Positions 26,546 through 41,484 of a stretch of DNA of 64,000 nucleotides are shown here, in pieces. The stretch covers positions 73,594,001 to 73,658,000 of the forward strand of contig OX597815.1 of the NCBI GenBank assembly GCA_951406725.2, written 5' to 3'. The notes below the pieces were generated by a model. It was given only the letters and a program-made list of their open reading frames with translations, was not told the origin of the DNA and made no database searches. This DNA comes from Octopus vulgaris (lineage: Eukaryota). Position 1 is the stretch's first letter. Each line of letters starts with the position of its first letter. The translations under genes were made by a program, and so were the position numbers.

Positions 26546-27352
26546 TAGAATAGCTTCTTTACAATTTCTGAACCTATTTTGCCCCAAAGCATCACTTGTA
26601 TCACAATGTCATTTGAGTTTTTCTTGGAAAACACCCATTGCTCTTTGATAGTCTGAGTAAGGAATCTCTTATCATTTGACTAAACAAATTTAAAGAATGA
26701 TGGACAGCTTCGCAATTATATATGTGACCTAAACTTGCATTGGGAGCTCATCCATCAAATATCAAATGACTTTATATGGGTCTTTTTATTGGTCTTTGTT
26801 GTTGGGTATGCTAAGTTGCAGTGGTGTATCTCAACTGATGTTTTAGAAATGCTCATGTTATCCCTAGAAGATATTATACCACAAGAGCCAGTGTTTATGA
26901 AATTATGAGATTTTGTTATTGTCATCTGCAGTGCATTTTATTTTCACTTTTTATGACACTAAACTACCTATTGACCTGTTTTTGTGGATTTATAAGGATT
27001 GAATTTATTTTGCTAAAATGAATCTGCTACAGAAGACAAATCTCATCCATTATTTATTGGAAAAAGGAAGCTAACTGTATAAACAGCTGGAATTGTAACC
27101 TTAGTGTTAATTTAGAATCAACTTCATAATTAGAATTTGAAATTTACGTTGCAGTTGTTTTCATTGACTTCTAAAGCGACAATAGAAATGAGTAAGGGTT
27201 AAAAAAGAGGCTTCTATGTGAAAGGGCTTCCTCTAACTTTTCCTTCTGGCATACCCTTGATCAAGGCCAGTGGTGTCACAGTATCCTGTGTGAACAAAAG
27301 AGAGAAAATCACTGGATACCATAAAACTGATTGTGGACTTGAATTATTTGTT

Positions 27353-27491
27353 ACTAGTCTTGACCCATCGCTACGCTGCTGGGTAATGTCCTAGTCATGG
27401 TGAAACAGATCCTTCAACAGAAGGCTACTACAATGATCACATTGATATACTCAACAACAATCTGTTTGTTTTTTCTTGAAACAAATTTTAA

Positions 27492-27549
<58 letters not shown>

Positions 27550-27998
27550 ATTTCTCTCTCAGCAACAATAACAACCTGTCATTATAGTAAAAGTCTTTTT
27601 TTAAAGTCTATGTTGCATTGTCTATATGTTGAAACTCACACAGAAACACACACATACACACACAACCAAAAAGATAACTATATGTATTATATATATATAC
27701 ACACACATACATATAGTTATATTTTCAAGTTTGTGTTGCATTGTGTTGACAGACTTCCACTTAAAATTCCTGCATTTTTAATCAAAACTTGTTAGTTACT
27801 ATAATGGCAACGCTACCTATCTATCTATCCTTCATGCTCTCCCCCTCTCTCAACAACGTTTTCTTCTCCCCTTCTTCTAAATAAACATTGTGACAGGGGT
27901 TATCTCTCCTTTTGATTCCTCCCCTTCTTCCCTTCCTTCACCTGTTATCATGTGATGGACAGACAAGCAGAGATCAATTTCTCTTTTATAATATACGA
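27353..27998 (-). mobile_element. Non-autonomous Helitron
   Basis: Minus-strand 5' TCGTATATTATAAAAG; 3' hairpin CCCAGCAGCGTAGCGATGGG then CTAG|T. Confidence 0.7.
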
Positions 27999-28071
27999 TT
28001 AGTTTAATTTATGTTAAAGAATTCAAATCCTATGGTTAATATTGCCTCCTTTGATAAAATAAAGTACTTAC

Positions 28072-28130
28072 CAAATATAGGAGTCAATATAATCAACAGA
28101 ACCCTCCCTAACATATTTTTGGCCTGGTGC
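28072..28130 (-). CDS. Candidate internal exon (APGQKYVREGSVDYIDSYI)
   Basis: TTTCTTACAAAG acceptor, strong G|GTAAGT donor, open frame. Confidence 0.3.
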
Positions 28131-28508
28131 CTTTGTAAGAAATCAATTATCTTTAATTTTATGTTAAACGTTTCAGAGAGATAAACCCATATATCATTCT
28201 GAATTGATAATGTTGCATGAAATATGTTTTTGGCTGTAAACATGGCTGAAAAGCCCTTGTTCACAACAATAAGAGAATATGAACATTTTTGCACTCATAG
28301 GTTGTGTCTGATTAGTAATACCCTCAAAATTCTAGTGAGTGTTTTTCAAACCTCATGCACCTCCACTGTTTCTCTTCCTTATAGTTAGGGGTATATGTGC
28401 CTCAGTTTAAGAATCTCTGTTTTATGTGATTGTTTTGTTTGACTTGCTCGAAATTTGAAATCAAATTTCACATAAATTACACCCTGCTGACTTAAAAAAT
28501 AGGAAGGA

Positions 28509-28543
<35 letters not shown>

Positions 28544-28597
28544 CTTTCATCATCGTTGTCATCATCATCAACTTCGTTGTTGTCATCCTCATCATCT

Positions 28598-29022
28598 ATT
28601 TCTTTATTGCCCACAGGAGGCTAAACATAGAGGGGACAAACAAGGACAGACAAAGGGATTAAGTTGATTACATCGATCCCCTATGCATAACTAGTACTTA
28701 TTTAATTGACCCTGAGAGGATTAAAGGCAAAGTCAAACTCAGAACGTAACAGCAGACAAAATACCACTAAGCATTCCACCCGGTGTGCTAACAATTCTTA
28801 TTTCTTTACTGCCCACAAGGGGCTACACACAGAGGGGATAAACAAGGACAGACAAACAGATTATGTCGATTACATCGACTCTAGTGCATAGCTGGTACTT
28901 AATTTATCGACCCTGAAAGAATGAAAGGCAAAGTCGACCTTGGTGGAATTTGAACTTAGAACATAATGGCAGACGAAATACCGCTAAGCATTTCGCCCGG
29001 CATGATGACGATTCTGCCAGCT
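28598..29022 (-). mobile_element. Two tandem Nin-type SINE copies
   Basis: TATTTCTTTA(T/C)TGCCCACA...GGCAAAGTC unit starts at ~28597 and ~28799. Confidence 0.8.
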
Positions 29023-29782
29023 CGTTGTTGTCGTTGTCATTATCATCATCTTTGTTATCATCATCATTATCCTCATCATCATCTACTTCATCATCATCAG
29101 CATCAGCATAATGTTGCCATCATCATCATCATTTTAACAGCCACTTTTCCATACACATGAGCCACAAGGAATTTGTTGAGGCAGATTTTCTACAGGTGGA
29201 TGTTTTTGCACATCATCTGTATTCAGTGCCCACCTCTCACTACCATGTAAGCATAACTGCCACACTATACATACAAGATCAAGACCAATCTGGAATTGAC
29301 TCACTGCCCCCAGCAAAGCATCATCCAAAATATTAGGCCTTATTGATAACCAGCCCAGATCAATACTGCATACCCCTTTCTTTCCCCCTTGACACATAAC
29401 CTACACTGCTAGATACACCTAACATACCTCTATGCTTCGAGTGCATCGGGGCATCTTAGCTTCTCAACATTAGGAAAAATAACAATGGGAAATGTAGAAA
29501 TAAAAAGATCACTTTTTGTTTTCATAATTAATTGGCAATGCTTGAAATTCTTAGCTCTTGAGTCACTCTATATCTTCTCCCAATTAATAACATACATATA
29601 TACATACACACACGTTTTTAGTTCTATTTTCCAGTTTGTATCACTAAGCCTATACAAAAAGATGTTATTTTAATTTTTAAATCTCTCTAATAAATCAAAT
29701 AAAAAATTTTATAATTTCAAATTTATTACATCATAAAATCCAATGACTTGTGTTTAGTTAAGGTCAAATCTGCTAATCTTAC

Positions 29783-29827
29783 CAGGAGTGTCTTTGCCAG
29801 AATGCTCATTGCTGAGAGTGTACCAGC
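29783..29827 (-). CDS. Candidate internal exon (AGTLSAMSILAKTLL)
   Basis: ATACAG acceptor, CTG|GTAAGA donor, phase 0 compatible with the 28130 exon; an alternative upstream acceptor exists near 29886. Confidence 0.3.
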
Positions 29828-30719
29828 CTGTATGTATTACAGAGTGTGTGAATAGTTGGCTTCCAGTGAGATTGTAATCGGAAAGCTAATCTTAAAATAA
29901 CAAAATCACATTAAATCAATTGCAATGTTAAATTACCATCAACAACAGCAGAAACAACAAAAAAAAGTCAAAGAAGATTCTAGAAAACTATAAAGTTTTA
30001 TTTGTTTTTCCTCGTTATTATACTTTTTAAAAAATTTAAATTAACTATTTTATTGAATTTTAAATTTAATTACATTCTATGTTCAATACCATTGTTGTAA
30101 TTGCTTTGCTCAAGGCGCAGGAAAGGATATAAAAAGATGCAACAAAATTATTCATTAATTTTTACACCATTCATTTCCCTCTGTCTGCGATGTTATATTG
30201 GTTTATTAAAGAAAGATTTCTCTACCACTATATAGTCTTCTCGATATTATACAATTAGAAACAAAATACTTTATTATTTCATTGCATTGTTTTCCTTATT
30301 CATTTAGAGTCAACTTCAATACTTAAATGGTTGATTGGTTGGCTGGGTTGTGTTCTCATTGAGAAGATTATAGCAGTCAATGGAAGCAGTCACAGCCATT
30401 GCAACAGTAACAAACTTCCCAGCAACCACACAAACAACATCAGCAGTTACTATTACAACAACAACAGCAACAATGACAGCAGCAGCCAATACCACAGTCT
30501 CAGAAGCAATCCCATTCCCTACCATCCTGCAATTTCAATGATGGTGGCAGTGATGATCCCACTAAAGACTACAGTGCTTTCTATTGCAATAGCAGAAAGC
30601 TCCTCTGTAGTAATTCTGGCCCAGAGGTTTTCCTTCTGTTGGGCCACATTCCTGCATTGGAATTCCAAGGGGTGGTTGGAACTGCATATTCTGTGGAGAT
30701 CCTGAAGTTATCAATGAGC

Positions 30720-31333
30720 CAACACTTTAGCATTTAGACTGACCGTATCTGACTCAAATATTCTGTTCATACTGGTCAGATATGGTCTCTCACACATATC
30801 CAAAAATGTCATTCTAAAAATAAACAATTGGTGCAGGAGTGGCTGTGTGGTAGGTAGCTTGCTTACCAACCACATGGTTCTGGGTTCAGTCCCACTGTGT
30901 GGCACCTTGGGCAAGTGTCTTCTACTATAGCCTCGGGCTGACCAAAGCCTTGTGAGTGGATTTGGTAAATGGAAACTGAAAGAAGTCCGTCGTATATATG
31001 TGTGTGTGTGTATGTTTGTGTATCTGTGTTTGTCTCCACAACATCACTTGACAACTGATGCCAGTGTGTTTGCATCCCCGTAACTTAGCAGTTCAGCAAA
31101 AGAGACTGATAGAATAAGTACTAGGCTTACAAAGAATAAGTCCTGGGTTCGATTTGCTAGACTAAAGGCGGTGCTCCAGTATGGCCGCAGTCAAATGACT
31201 GAAACAAGTAAAAGAGAAGAAGAGAATCATATCATCAAAATCTTGAAACTCTAAGATTATATATGATTAATTCAAAACAATGTGAGTTAATAAACATTAC
31301 ATTTCACAGAATAATCTGAATGTTAAAAGGTTA
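30720..31333. mobile_element. piggyBac-like MITE split by an OR-like SINE (~30828-31225)
   Basis: Ends AACACTTTAGCATTTA / TGAATGTTAAAAGGTTAA; same family as 39220 and 61729; full SINE inside. Confidence 0.65.
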
Positions 31334-31724
31334 AAAGTTAAAATGATTACCCTCTGGGTGGCAGAAAGAAACTAAAAGCTCCAGTAGGGCTGCATGACAA
31401 AGAACTTAAGGTATGTGAACAAGTTCTTCTTGGGCTCTTCTGTCACAGTATTCCAGAAACCAGTGAGTAAAGCTTCTTCCGGGGAAACCATGTCTGGCCA
31501 TAGAAAATCCACCTCAACAAATTCCATTTGACTTATACAAGTATAGAAAAGTAAATCGTTAAATGATGCAGATAGCACAAAAGATGCACAGACATATTAA
31601 TTGCACCCCAGTTTCAGCAGCACTTTTTCAGGAAAAGTTTTTTGTGCATTAAAGTATGTAATTTTTAAAGCAATTTAGTTTATGAAAGTTCCAGGTTTGC
31701 ATGTCGGACTTTGCATATAGGATA

Positions 31725-31974
31725 TTTTATTCTTGTACTTGTTTCAGTCGTTTGACTGCAGCCATGCTGGAGCACTGCCTTGAAGGGTTTTTTAGTCAAA
31801 CAAATCAACACCAGGACTTATTTTTTTTAAAGCCTAGTACTTATTCTATGAGTCTCTTTTGCCAAACTGTTAAGTTACAGGGATGTAAACACACCAACAC
31901 CAGTTATCAAGTGGTGATGAGGGGACAAATACAGACACAAAAACACACACATGCACATACATAGATATATACAC

Positions 31975-32005
<31 letters not shown>

Positions 32006-32160
32006 ATGGTCTTCTAGTTCCTGTCTACCATATTTGCTCACAAGGCTTTGGTTGGCCCAAGGCTATAAGTAAAAGACACTTGTCCAAGGTATCACACAGT
32101 GGGATTGAACCCAGAACCATGTGGTTGGGAAGCAAGCTTCTGACCACACAACCATACCTG
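31725..32160 (-). mobile_element. OR-like SINE
   Basis: Full-length reverse-complement copy. Confidence 0.85.
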
Positions 32161-32947
32161 ACAATTTTTTTTGTTAATTAAAAAAAGTGTCTTATATGCC
32201 ATCAAATGTAACATTTTGTAACCTACTGGACTAAAATATGTTTTGTTTCCCTTTAAGTTTCAGGTTTTTTCTTCAAATGAAATGAAGCTTAACATCTGAG
32301 ATATTACTGGAGTTACTTAGGAAATGATGCAACAAGATCACAATGTAGTAAATATTGTCCAGAATCTATACAAACAGGAATCGATTACCAAGATAAGTTG
32401 TTCAATCAAAGACATCCAGCCAATTCAAGAGGAGCCTCCACCTGACACCACTTCCACAAAAAATGAATAAATAAATAAAGGATGAACTTTAACGAATTTC
32501 CTCTCTCCTCTAATGTCTCAACAAGCTGTATGAGCATTTTATTTAGGTTTTGTAATGTCAGAAAAGTTTGCTTATATCATAAAGTAGTTTTATTGTTATT
32601 AAAAGATTTAACACCTTAACTCTTACATCTCATTTAGATCTACTTTTAGTATGTCAGTTTTGGAGGCCTTTTTTGCCTTTTTGAGGTTATTTCCTCTTCT
32701 CATTTAGAGTTGGTGCTAATTACCTCTAGGATAGTGTTTATGGTCTTTCGAAGGGGGAGATAATTTCAATAAATCAAGAATATATATTATATAATATTTG
32801 ATAAACTTTTATACATTTTTATTGTTCAAATACATGCCTGAAGCAAATTTTACATCATATATATATACTCACACTCACATACACTTTGTTAAATATCTTT
32901 TCTATCATATATTCTTAAATAAATATGAATATAGTCCACTCCAACTG

Positions 32948-33520
<573 letters not shown>

Positions 33521-34041
33521 GCCAGGGACACGGGGGCAACGGGATGCGGGGTAGAGTTGAGTTGGGGGGGGGCCAGCTGAGAAAGGTTTCACCAGTGAAA
33601 AGAGAGGGAGAGATAGTAAAGGGGTGCAGGTAATATAGGGGAGCACCAGTGGGGAAGGTTGGGGGAGGAGGAACGATGGCAGGAAGGGTTGGTGAAGGTT
33701 CGTAAGAAATATAAACGTAGGATGTGTATATATATATATGGGTAGGTGTGGGGAAGGTTGGGTGGGTAAGGAGGAACGATGGCAGGAAGGGTTGGTGCAG
33801 GTTCGTAAGAAATAAAAACGTAGGATATTACGAGGCATGGAGGGGACTGGAAGGAGATAGTAGGATTGAGGCAGTGTCAGATTCAAAACAGGAGGAAGCG
33901 TAAGATCAGAGGGCGGTTGATGAGCTGAGACGCTAGCAGCTTGTCTTTTCTCAGTGAAAGCATATGAGGAGAAGGGGTAGGAAGGGGTGGTGGCAGAGGA
34001 GGAGGGAGTATCCGGTGTAGATGGTGAGAACAGTGTTCACC

Positions 34042-34608
34042 GGTATTGGTGGTATTGGCGGTGGGGGTGGTATTGGTGGTGGGGGTGGTATTGGTGGTGG
34101 GGGTGGTATTGGTGGTGGGGGTGGTATTGGTGGTGGTGGTGGTATTGGTGGTATTGGTGGTATTGGTGGTGGTATTGGTGGTGGGGGTGGTATGGTGGTA
34201 TTGGGGGTGGTATTGGTGGTATTGGTGGTGGGGGTGGTATTGGTGGTATTGGTGGTGGGGGTGGTATTGGTGGTATTGGTGGTGGGGGTGGTATTGGTGG
34301 TATTGGTGGTGGGGGTGGTATTGGTGGTATTGGTGGTGGGGGTGGTATTGGTGGTATTGGGGGTGGTATTGGTGGTATTGGTGGTGGGGGTGGTATTGGT
34401 GGTGGGGGTGGTATTGGTGGTATTGGGGGTGGTATTGGTGGTATTGGTGGTGGTATTGGTGGTATTGGTGGTATTGGTGGTGGTATTGGTGGTATTGGTG
34501 GTATTGGTGGTATTGGTGGTGGTATTGGTGGTATTGGTGGTGGTATTGGTGGTATTGGTGGTGGTATTGGTGGTATTGGTGGTATTGGTGGTATTGGTGG
34601 TGGGGGTG
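34042..34608. repeat. G-rich minisatellite built from GGTATT + (GGT/GGG)n units
   Basis: Direct reading; units of 9-15 bp. Confidence 0.95.
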
Positions 34609-34620
34609 GGAGGGCGGGCG

Positions 34621-35568
34621 CACCGCGCAATGGGAGAAGATGAGATTTTTAGGCGGCAGAAAGAAAGACAGGATTTGAGATGGAATGCTTTGCGATCGTG
34701 TGCATAAGTTTCTATGAGTGGAAGTTGGGAAAAGATGGGTTAGAGAATTTAGCGACAGAAAGAAAGACCAAATTTGAGACGAGATGTTTTTGCGAAGTTT
34801 TTGTGAATGAAAGTTTATATGCTTCAGCTAGCATTTGAGACGAAAGACAACGATAACGCCAATATATGGGGAAACAATAATAATAAGAAGGCTTGATGGT
34901 GATGATGATACTTGCAAAAACAATGAAAAGAAGGAACAGGACTTAGCTGATATTTTTCATCCTGCGTATTGGCTAAGCCTGTGGAAGCGAGTGAAGGCGA
35001 GATATATATACAGAGAGAGAGAGAGACAGTGATAACAGAGGGAGAAACCGACACCACATAGCGAGAGAGAGAGAGCGAGAGAGAGAGAGAGAGAGAGAGA
35101 GACATAGTGATAACAGAGGGACAAAACGACACCGCGCAATGGGAGAAGATGAGATTTTTAGGCGGCAGAAAGAAAGACAGTATTTGAGATGGAATGCTTT
35201 GCGATCGTGTGCATAAGTTTCTATGAGTGGAAGTTGGGAAAAGATGGGTTAGAGAATTTAGCGACAGAAAGAAAGACCAAATTTGAGACGAGATGTTTTT
35301 GCGAAGTTTTTGTGAATGAAAGTTTATATGCTTCAGCTAGCATTTGAGACGAAAGACAACGATAACGCCAATATATGGGGAAACAATAATAATAAGAAGG
35401 CTTGATGGTGATGATGATACTTGCAAAAACAATGAAAAGAAGGAACAGGACTTAGCTGATATTTTTCATCCTGCGTATTGGCTAAGCCTGTGGAAGCGAG
35501 TGAAGGCGAGATATATATACAGAGAGAGAGAGAGACAGTGATAACAGAGGGAGAAACCGACACCACAT

Positions 35569-35649
<81 letters not shown>

Positions 35650-36125
35650 GTGATAACAGAGGGACAAAACGACACCGCGCAATGGGAGAAGATGAGATTT
35701 TTAGGCGGCAGAAAGAAAGACAGGATTTGAGATGGAATGCTTTGCGATCGTGTGCATAAGTTTCTATGAGTGGAAGTTGGGAAAAGATGGGTTAGAGAAT
35801 TTAGCGACAGAAAGAAAGACCAAATTTGAGACGAGATGTTTTTGCGAAGTTTTTGTGAATGAAAGTTTATATGCTTCAGCTAGCATTTGAGACGAAAGAC
35901 AACGATAACGCCAATATATGGGGAAACAATAATAATAAGAAGGCTTGATGGTGATGATGATACTTGCAAAATCAATGAAAAGAAGGAACAGGACTTAGCT
36001 GATATTTTTCATCCTGCGTATTGGCTAAGCCTGTGGAAGCGAGTGAAGGCGAGATATATATACAGAGAGAGAGAGAGACAGTGATAACAGAGGGAGAAAC
36101 CGACACCACATAGCGAGAGAGAGAG

Positions 36126-36164
<39 letters not shown>

Positions 36165-36543
36165 GTGATAACAGAGGGACAAAACGACACCGCGCAATGG
36201 GAGAAGATGAGATTTTTAGGCGGCAGAAAGAAAGACAGGATTTGAGATGGAATGCTTTGCGATCGTGTGCATAAGTTTCTATGAGTGGAAGTTGGGAAAA
36301 GATGGGTTAGAGAATTTAGCGACAGAAAGAAAGACCAAATTTGAGACGAGATGTTTTTGCGAAGTTTTTGTGAATGAAAGTTTATATGCTTCAGCTAGCA
36401 TTTGAGACGAAAGACAACGATAACGCCAATATATGGGGAAACAATAATAATAAGAAGGCTTGATGGTGATGATGATACTTGCAAAAACAATGAAAAGAAG
36501 GAACAGGACTTAGCTGATATTTTTCATCCTGCGTATTGGCTAA
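34621..36543. repeat. Tandem array of ~3.7 near-identical monomers (509, 543, 515 bp and a partial)
   Basis: CACCGCGCAATGGGAGAAG recurs at 34621, 35130, 35673 and 36188; length differences lie in an internal (GA)n. Confidence 0.95.
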
Positions 36544-36546
36544 ATA

Positions 36547-36615
<69 letters not shown>

Positions 36616-37403
36616 ACATTCACACGTGTGCATGCCTCTGTGTGTGTATGCATGGATACATGAAAAAGTGCATCAACAAAACACTGTTATGCAAATCAGA
36701 TTTTCTGGTTTAGTGAATTCCTTAATTTTAGCCTTTAGCATATCTATATATATATATATATTCACTCTGAGATCAAATAATAGGCATGTCCATGCTCTCT
36801 TAAAAGCTGTCTCAAATAGCAATGATGCCTGTCAGATCCCTCTACAATTCTTCTTTTCTGCCCATGAAGATCTTATAAAGCAATTTATTTAACTCTCTTC
36901 AATGTCTTCAATTACACACTATGTGGCATGGTTAAAACTTGCAATACATTAATAGAGTATTTACCATTATACCATCAGGCATTTAGATTATCCAAAACAC
37001 ATTGCTTAGAACATCAATAATTTGTGTGCATGTGTGTGTGTGTGTGTGTGTAAGTAAGTATGCATAATCATACTGTAACACATGGACAAATATATATACA
37101 GAGAAAGGGCGATAGATAGATAGATATAGCTATATACATATATCTTGTGTGGGCATGAGTGTATACATACATATATCTATCTATATCTATATATATATGT
37201 TTGTGTGTATTTATGTATGTATGTGTATATATATGTATGCATCTTTATTTGTATGTTTGTATTTATGCATATATATATATATATGCATAAATACACACAT
37301 ACATATATACATATATATACATGCATACATACATATGTATACATGCATACATACATATATATATATGCATACACACATATAATGCATACATACACACATA
37401 CAC

Positions 37404-37459
<56 letters not shown>

Positions 37460-38531
37460 GTACATACACACACACACACATATATGTATATAGACAAACA
37501 TATTTAATTATAAATATACATAAGTATGATAAGTATGTATGTGCGAGTGAGTGAGCGAGTGTGCTTGTTTAAAAGAAAACACCTTGCCAACTCAACACAA
37601 TTTCTTTCTTTCACTTTTTATTATTGTTGTTGTTACTATTTTTACATCTTTTTCTCTTTTTCCATCTTTTAAATTTTAAATTAGGAGAAAATATTGTAAA
37701 GAACAAAAACAACAACAACTACAAAAGTGGAAAATAATTAATAAATAAAGGAACAAACCAGAATACGGTATACAAGAGTTTGAAACTCATAAAAAGCAAG
37801 GGAAAACTTTTAGCTTGATGAAAGTTAAACTCTGATGAAAGAATCACTATAAAAGCATCTCGCCTCTTTCATCTCGGTAATTATTACTGTAAATAATTCA
37901 CATAACTTGGGAAATATATTTCTATTTAGGGATTAAATTTTTTTACACTTCCATCTTGCTTTCATTTTTTTTATTTATCCAGTTTTCATTTTGTTCTTTT
38001 TGGCTCATTTCTTTTTTATTTCCCCCCACACATATCTCATAAGGATCAAAAGATTTTGTTATTGATTCCATAAGATGTAGTTTTATTCCACTACCTCCGC
38101 TTCCTCCTCTAGTTTCTTTCTACATCAACTCATTAATCAATACAGGACAGGACCGAACCAACAAGGGAGCTTTTCAAATATAAGTCACTCAGGCTACTTG
38201 CTGCGAAGTTGGAAACTAAAAAAAATAATTATCTTGTTTGCCAAATCTACTTTTTTGCAGGAACTGGAACTGGTTGAGTTGTTACAAACGATGACAAACC
38301 TGCTGCTTCAATGTCCTATTGATCACCATCATCATTTAATGCACACTTTCCCATGCCTGCATGTGTTAGACAAAATTTATTCAGGTGAATCTTCTACAGC
38401 TGGATGCTCATCCTGTCATCGACCCATATCTGTTTCCGAGCAAGGTAATATTTCTACATGACCAGGCATGTTTTCACAGAATACTGGAAAATGAAAAATA
38501 TTTGTTGTATGACAGTAACATTCATTTACAG

Positions 38532-38873
38532 CAGGGGTCCTCAACCATGTTTTAACTATGGACCCCTTTGATTCCTATTTTATTCTGGTGAGGCCCCAAA
38601 GCCATTCTATGTTTAAAAACTAGTTTTATAAAAACTTCTTTCAAAATTCCTATTTTGTTTTTCACACATTTCCTTCAGTAGGTTGAAATATGTAAAATGT
38701 CAGAAAGAAATCTAGTTTTTTGCAATACATACTAATACATACATCTGAAGCAAAATTTTTCAGGGGTCCTTAAAATACTATTCAGAGCCCCAAACTATTA
38801 TTTTGTTGTGTGGACCCTGCAAAATCTTAAATGGACTCTCAGGGGCCATATAGGCCCTGGCTGAGAACCACTG
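38532..38873. mobile_element. hAT (Charlie-like) MITE
   Basis: TIRs CAGGGGTCCTCAACC / GGCTGAGAACCACTG; perfect 8-bp TSD ATTTACAG; inserted into an older retroposon fragment (~38325-38920). Confidence 0.9.
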
Positions 38874-39219
38874 ATTTACAGGTATCATCCAATGTCAAGC
38901 AAAGAAGATGCTAACACATACACACACAATATATATATACACACACATATATATATATGTATGTATGTATATGTATGTATGTATGTATGTATGTATAAAC
39001 TGCTTTGATCTGTGTCCCTTGAATTTAGATTTCAATGGTTCAAACCATCAAAATGTAAACACCTCAAGAAATACATGAAAAATACATAATAACTTCTTAC
39101 GTGCTTTTGGATTATTAAAATATCTTTTTTACAATGTAATTGCTTCAGTTTCAACACAGCCTCAGATCATGACACTTGCTAGTCAAATACAACTCTGAAA
39201 TGTTGTAGTTAACAAACAA

Positions 39220-39435
39220 TAACCTCTTATCCCTCAGATTACTCTGTCAAAAGTAATGCTTATTTGTTGAAATTGTTTTGAATTTATCATACATAGATTC
39301 AAAATTCCAATGATATGATTGTTTATTTTTTAGAATGATATTTTAGGGTAGGTGTGAGAGGCCAGATCTGAATAGTTTTAGTATAAAACAGGAAGAATAT
39401 TTGATCTGGATACAACTGGTTTAAATGCTAAAGGG
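39220..39435. mobile_element. piggyBac-like MITE, degenerate
   Basis: Similar to 61729-61950; right end TTAAATGCTAAAGGG. Confidence 0.55.
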
Positions 39436-40064
39436 CCAAGTGATTATGTGAGTCTCATATCTGAAGTATTGGGATTTAACTTTTAGCACACTGTAGGTAC
39501 ATCATGTCACTGTATGAGTTTTCTCCCCTGTAGTAACAGGGCAGTGGAAGAGGAAACAATTCTAGAGAAAATGCTGTGTGCTAAAGGTTAACTCAATTTG
39601 GTGTAATCAAGATCCAGATAACTCTTAAATCAAATCATATAAATTCTAGACACCCAGTTTCTGGATCATGTCATGGAGAAATGTAACCCCTTGCTGCATA
39701 AAATAAGGGCTTGGTACAACTAAGAGTTTCTTTTCGACTGCCATTCTAAGGTGAATTGGCAGAATCATTAGAACATCAAACAGACCACCACTCAAGTGTT
39801 TGATCCACCTCTTTGCATTTGAGTTCAACTTGCATTGAAGTCAACTTTGTATTTCAACCTTTTGCAGTTCATAAAGAGGTGCCAATCCACAACATTAGAT
39901 TAGCAGAACTGTACAAATATTGAATCAGAAGATATATATATATATATATATTATGTAGATACATATATATATCATATATATTCATATATAGATTATATAT
40001 ATATACATATATTTATTATATATATATACATACATAGATTATATATATATATACATATATGTAT

Positions 40065-40121
<57 letters not shown>

Positions 40122-40622
40122 GTATATGCATATATGTATTATATAACAAAAACACAGCAAACAGAAAATTTAACAAAAACATAACAAATAGAACATTCGT
40201 AGCTAATTCCTCGTCAGTCAACATCCAAAAGATCCTTACAATTTTGTTCCCTTTATCATTGAGATTGTTTACTTTTGATGGTGCCAGTAGCAAAAAGCCA
40301 CTGGGAATAGTGAACAAACATACAGGGTAATGACAAAAAACAAACATGACAAAGTGAAATAATAATAATTATTATACATATATAACAAAAAAGCTCTTGC
40401 AGCTGCCAGACTGGTCTGTATGAGTAACACAAAGAGAAATGAAAATGTCCTGTAGGACTGGAGATGAGAGAAGGGTAGATAGAAAACCAGAATGAAGGAA
40501 GTAAGCAAATTGTGTAGGAAAAATGGTGTAGGAGCACAAAGAAGCGTGAACTACCTGGTCAACGGCAAAGTTAAAAAAGGATGAGAGAGGTTTAGATTGT
40601 CACAGGTCATAGGGTAGTGGGA

Positions 40623-40675
<53 letters not shown>

Positions 40676-40713
40676 CATGTTTGTATGTATGTATATATAT
40701 ATATATATATATA

Positions 40714-40747
<34 letters not shown>

Positions 40748-40784
40748 GTATGTATATATATATGTATGTATATATATATATATG

Positions 40785-40840
<56 letters not shown>

Positions 40841-40949
40841 TATATATGTGTGTGTGTGTATGTATGTATTTGTGTGTGTGTATATATACATATATATATA
40901 TGTATGTGTTATATATGTATGCATGTATGTATAAATGTATATATACATG

Positions 40950-40994
<45 letters not shown>

Positions 40995-41484
40995 CATAAA
41001 CATTCTTACACACATACACACACATATAGATGTATATATGTATATGTATTATATACTTAGTTACACACACACACACAGAGTATATGTGTTGTGAATTAAT
41101 TTTGAGGATGAAACCTCTTAATAATAGCACGCTGATAGTAGACGAGCCTGGTATCTGGAAAATCATATTCAGACATTTGAAATGTCAAGACTATAATCCT
41201 AATCCAGTCAGTCAAAACTTATAACTGTCAGTATAGATATCTGGAAATGAAGCCTCCATTTGTATAAAAATCTTACAATAAATATAAAATGAAATAAAAT
41301 ATTTCTATACAGTGCGAAGCAAATGAGTTAATTAATTTAATTAATGTTGTATAAGAATGTTGTATTTTTGTCGTGTTCAGAAATAGACAATTTTAGGTTA
41401 AAACTTTGAAGGAAAAGCATGTGAATCTGACAAATTTGTTTTGCAATTTTAAACCTTGTCGAAGAACTTTGATTAAAATTTTGT

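Noticed and set aside
33883-34707. Long Gly-rich, Pro-rich and His/Gln/Tyr-rich ORFs (suckerin- or cuticle-protein-like at first glance)
   Set aside because: Nearly all frames are open because of the GGTATT minisatellite; no signal peptide or splice context; embedded in a repeat element.
34621-36543. CRISPR-like or rDNA/5S array
   Set aside because: Whole units are identical (no unique spacers), context is eukaryotic, and there is no recognisable rRNA or snRNA sequence.
34835-36713. Four copies of a 65-aa ORF (MRRKTTITPIY...)
   Set aside because: TTG start, runs into (GA)n, no recognisable domain; simply reflects the tandem array.
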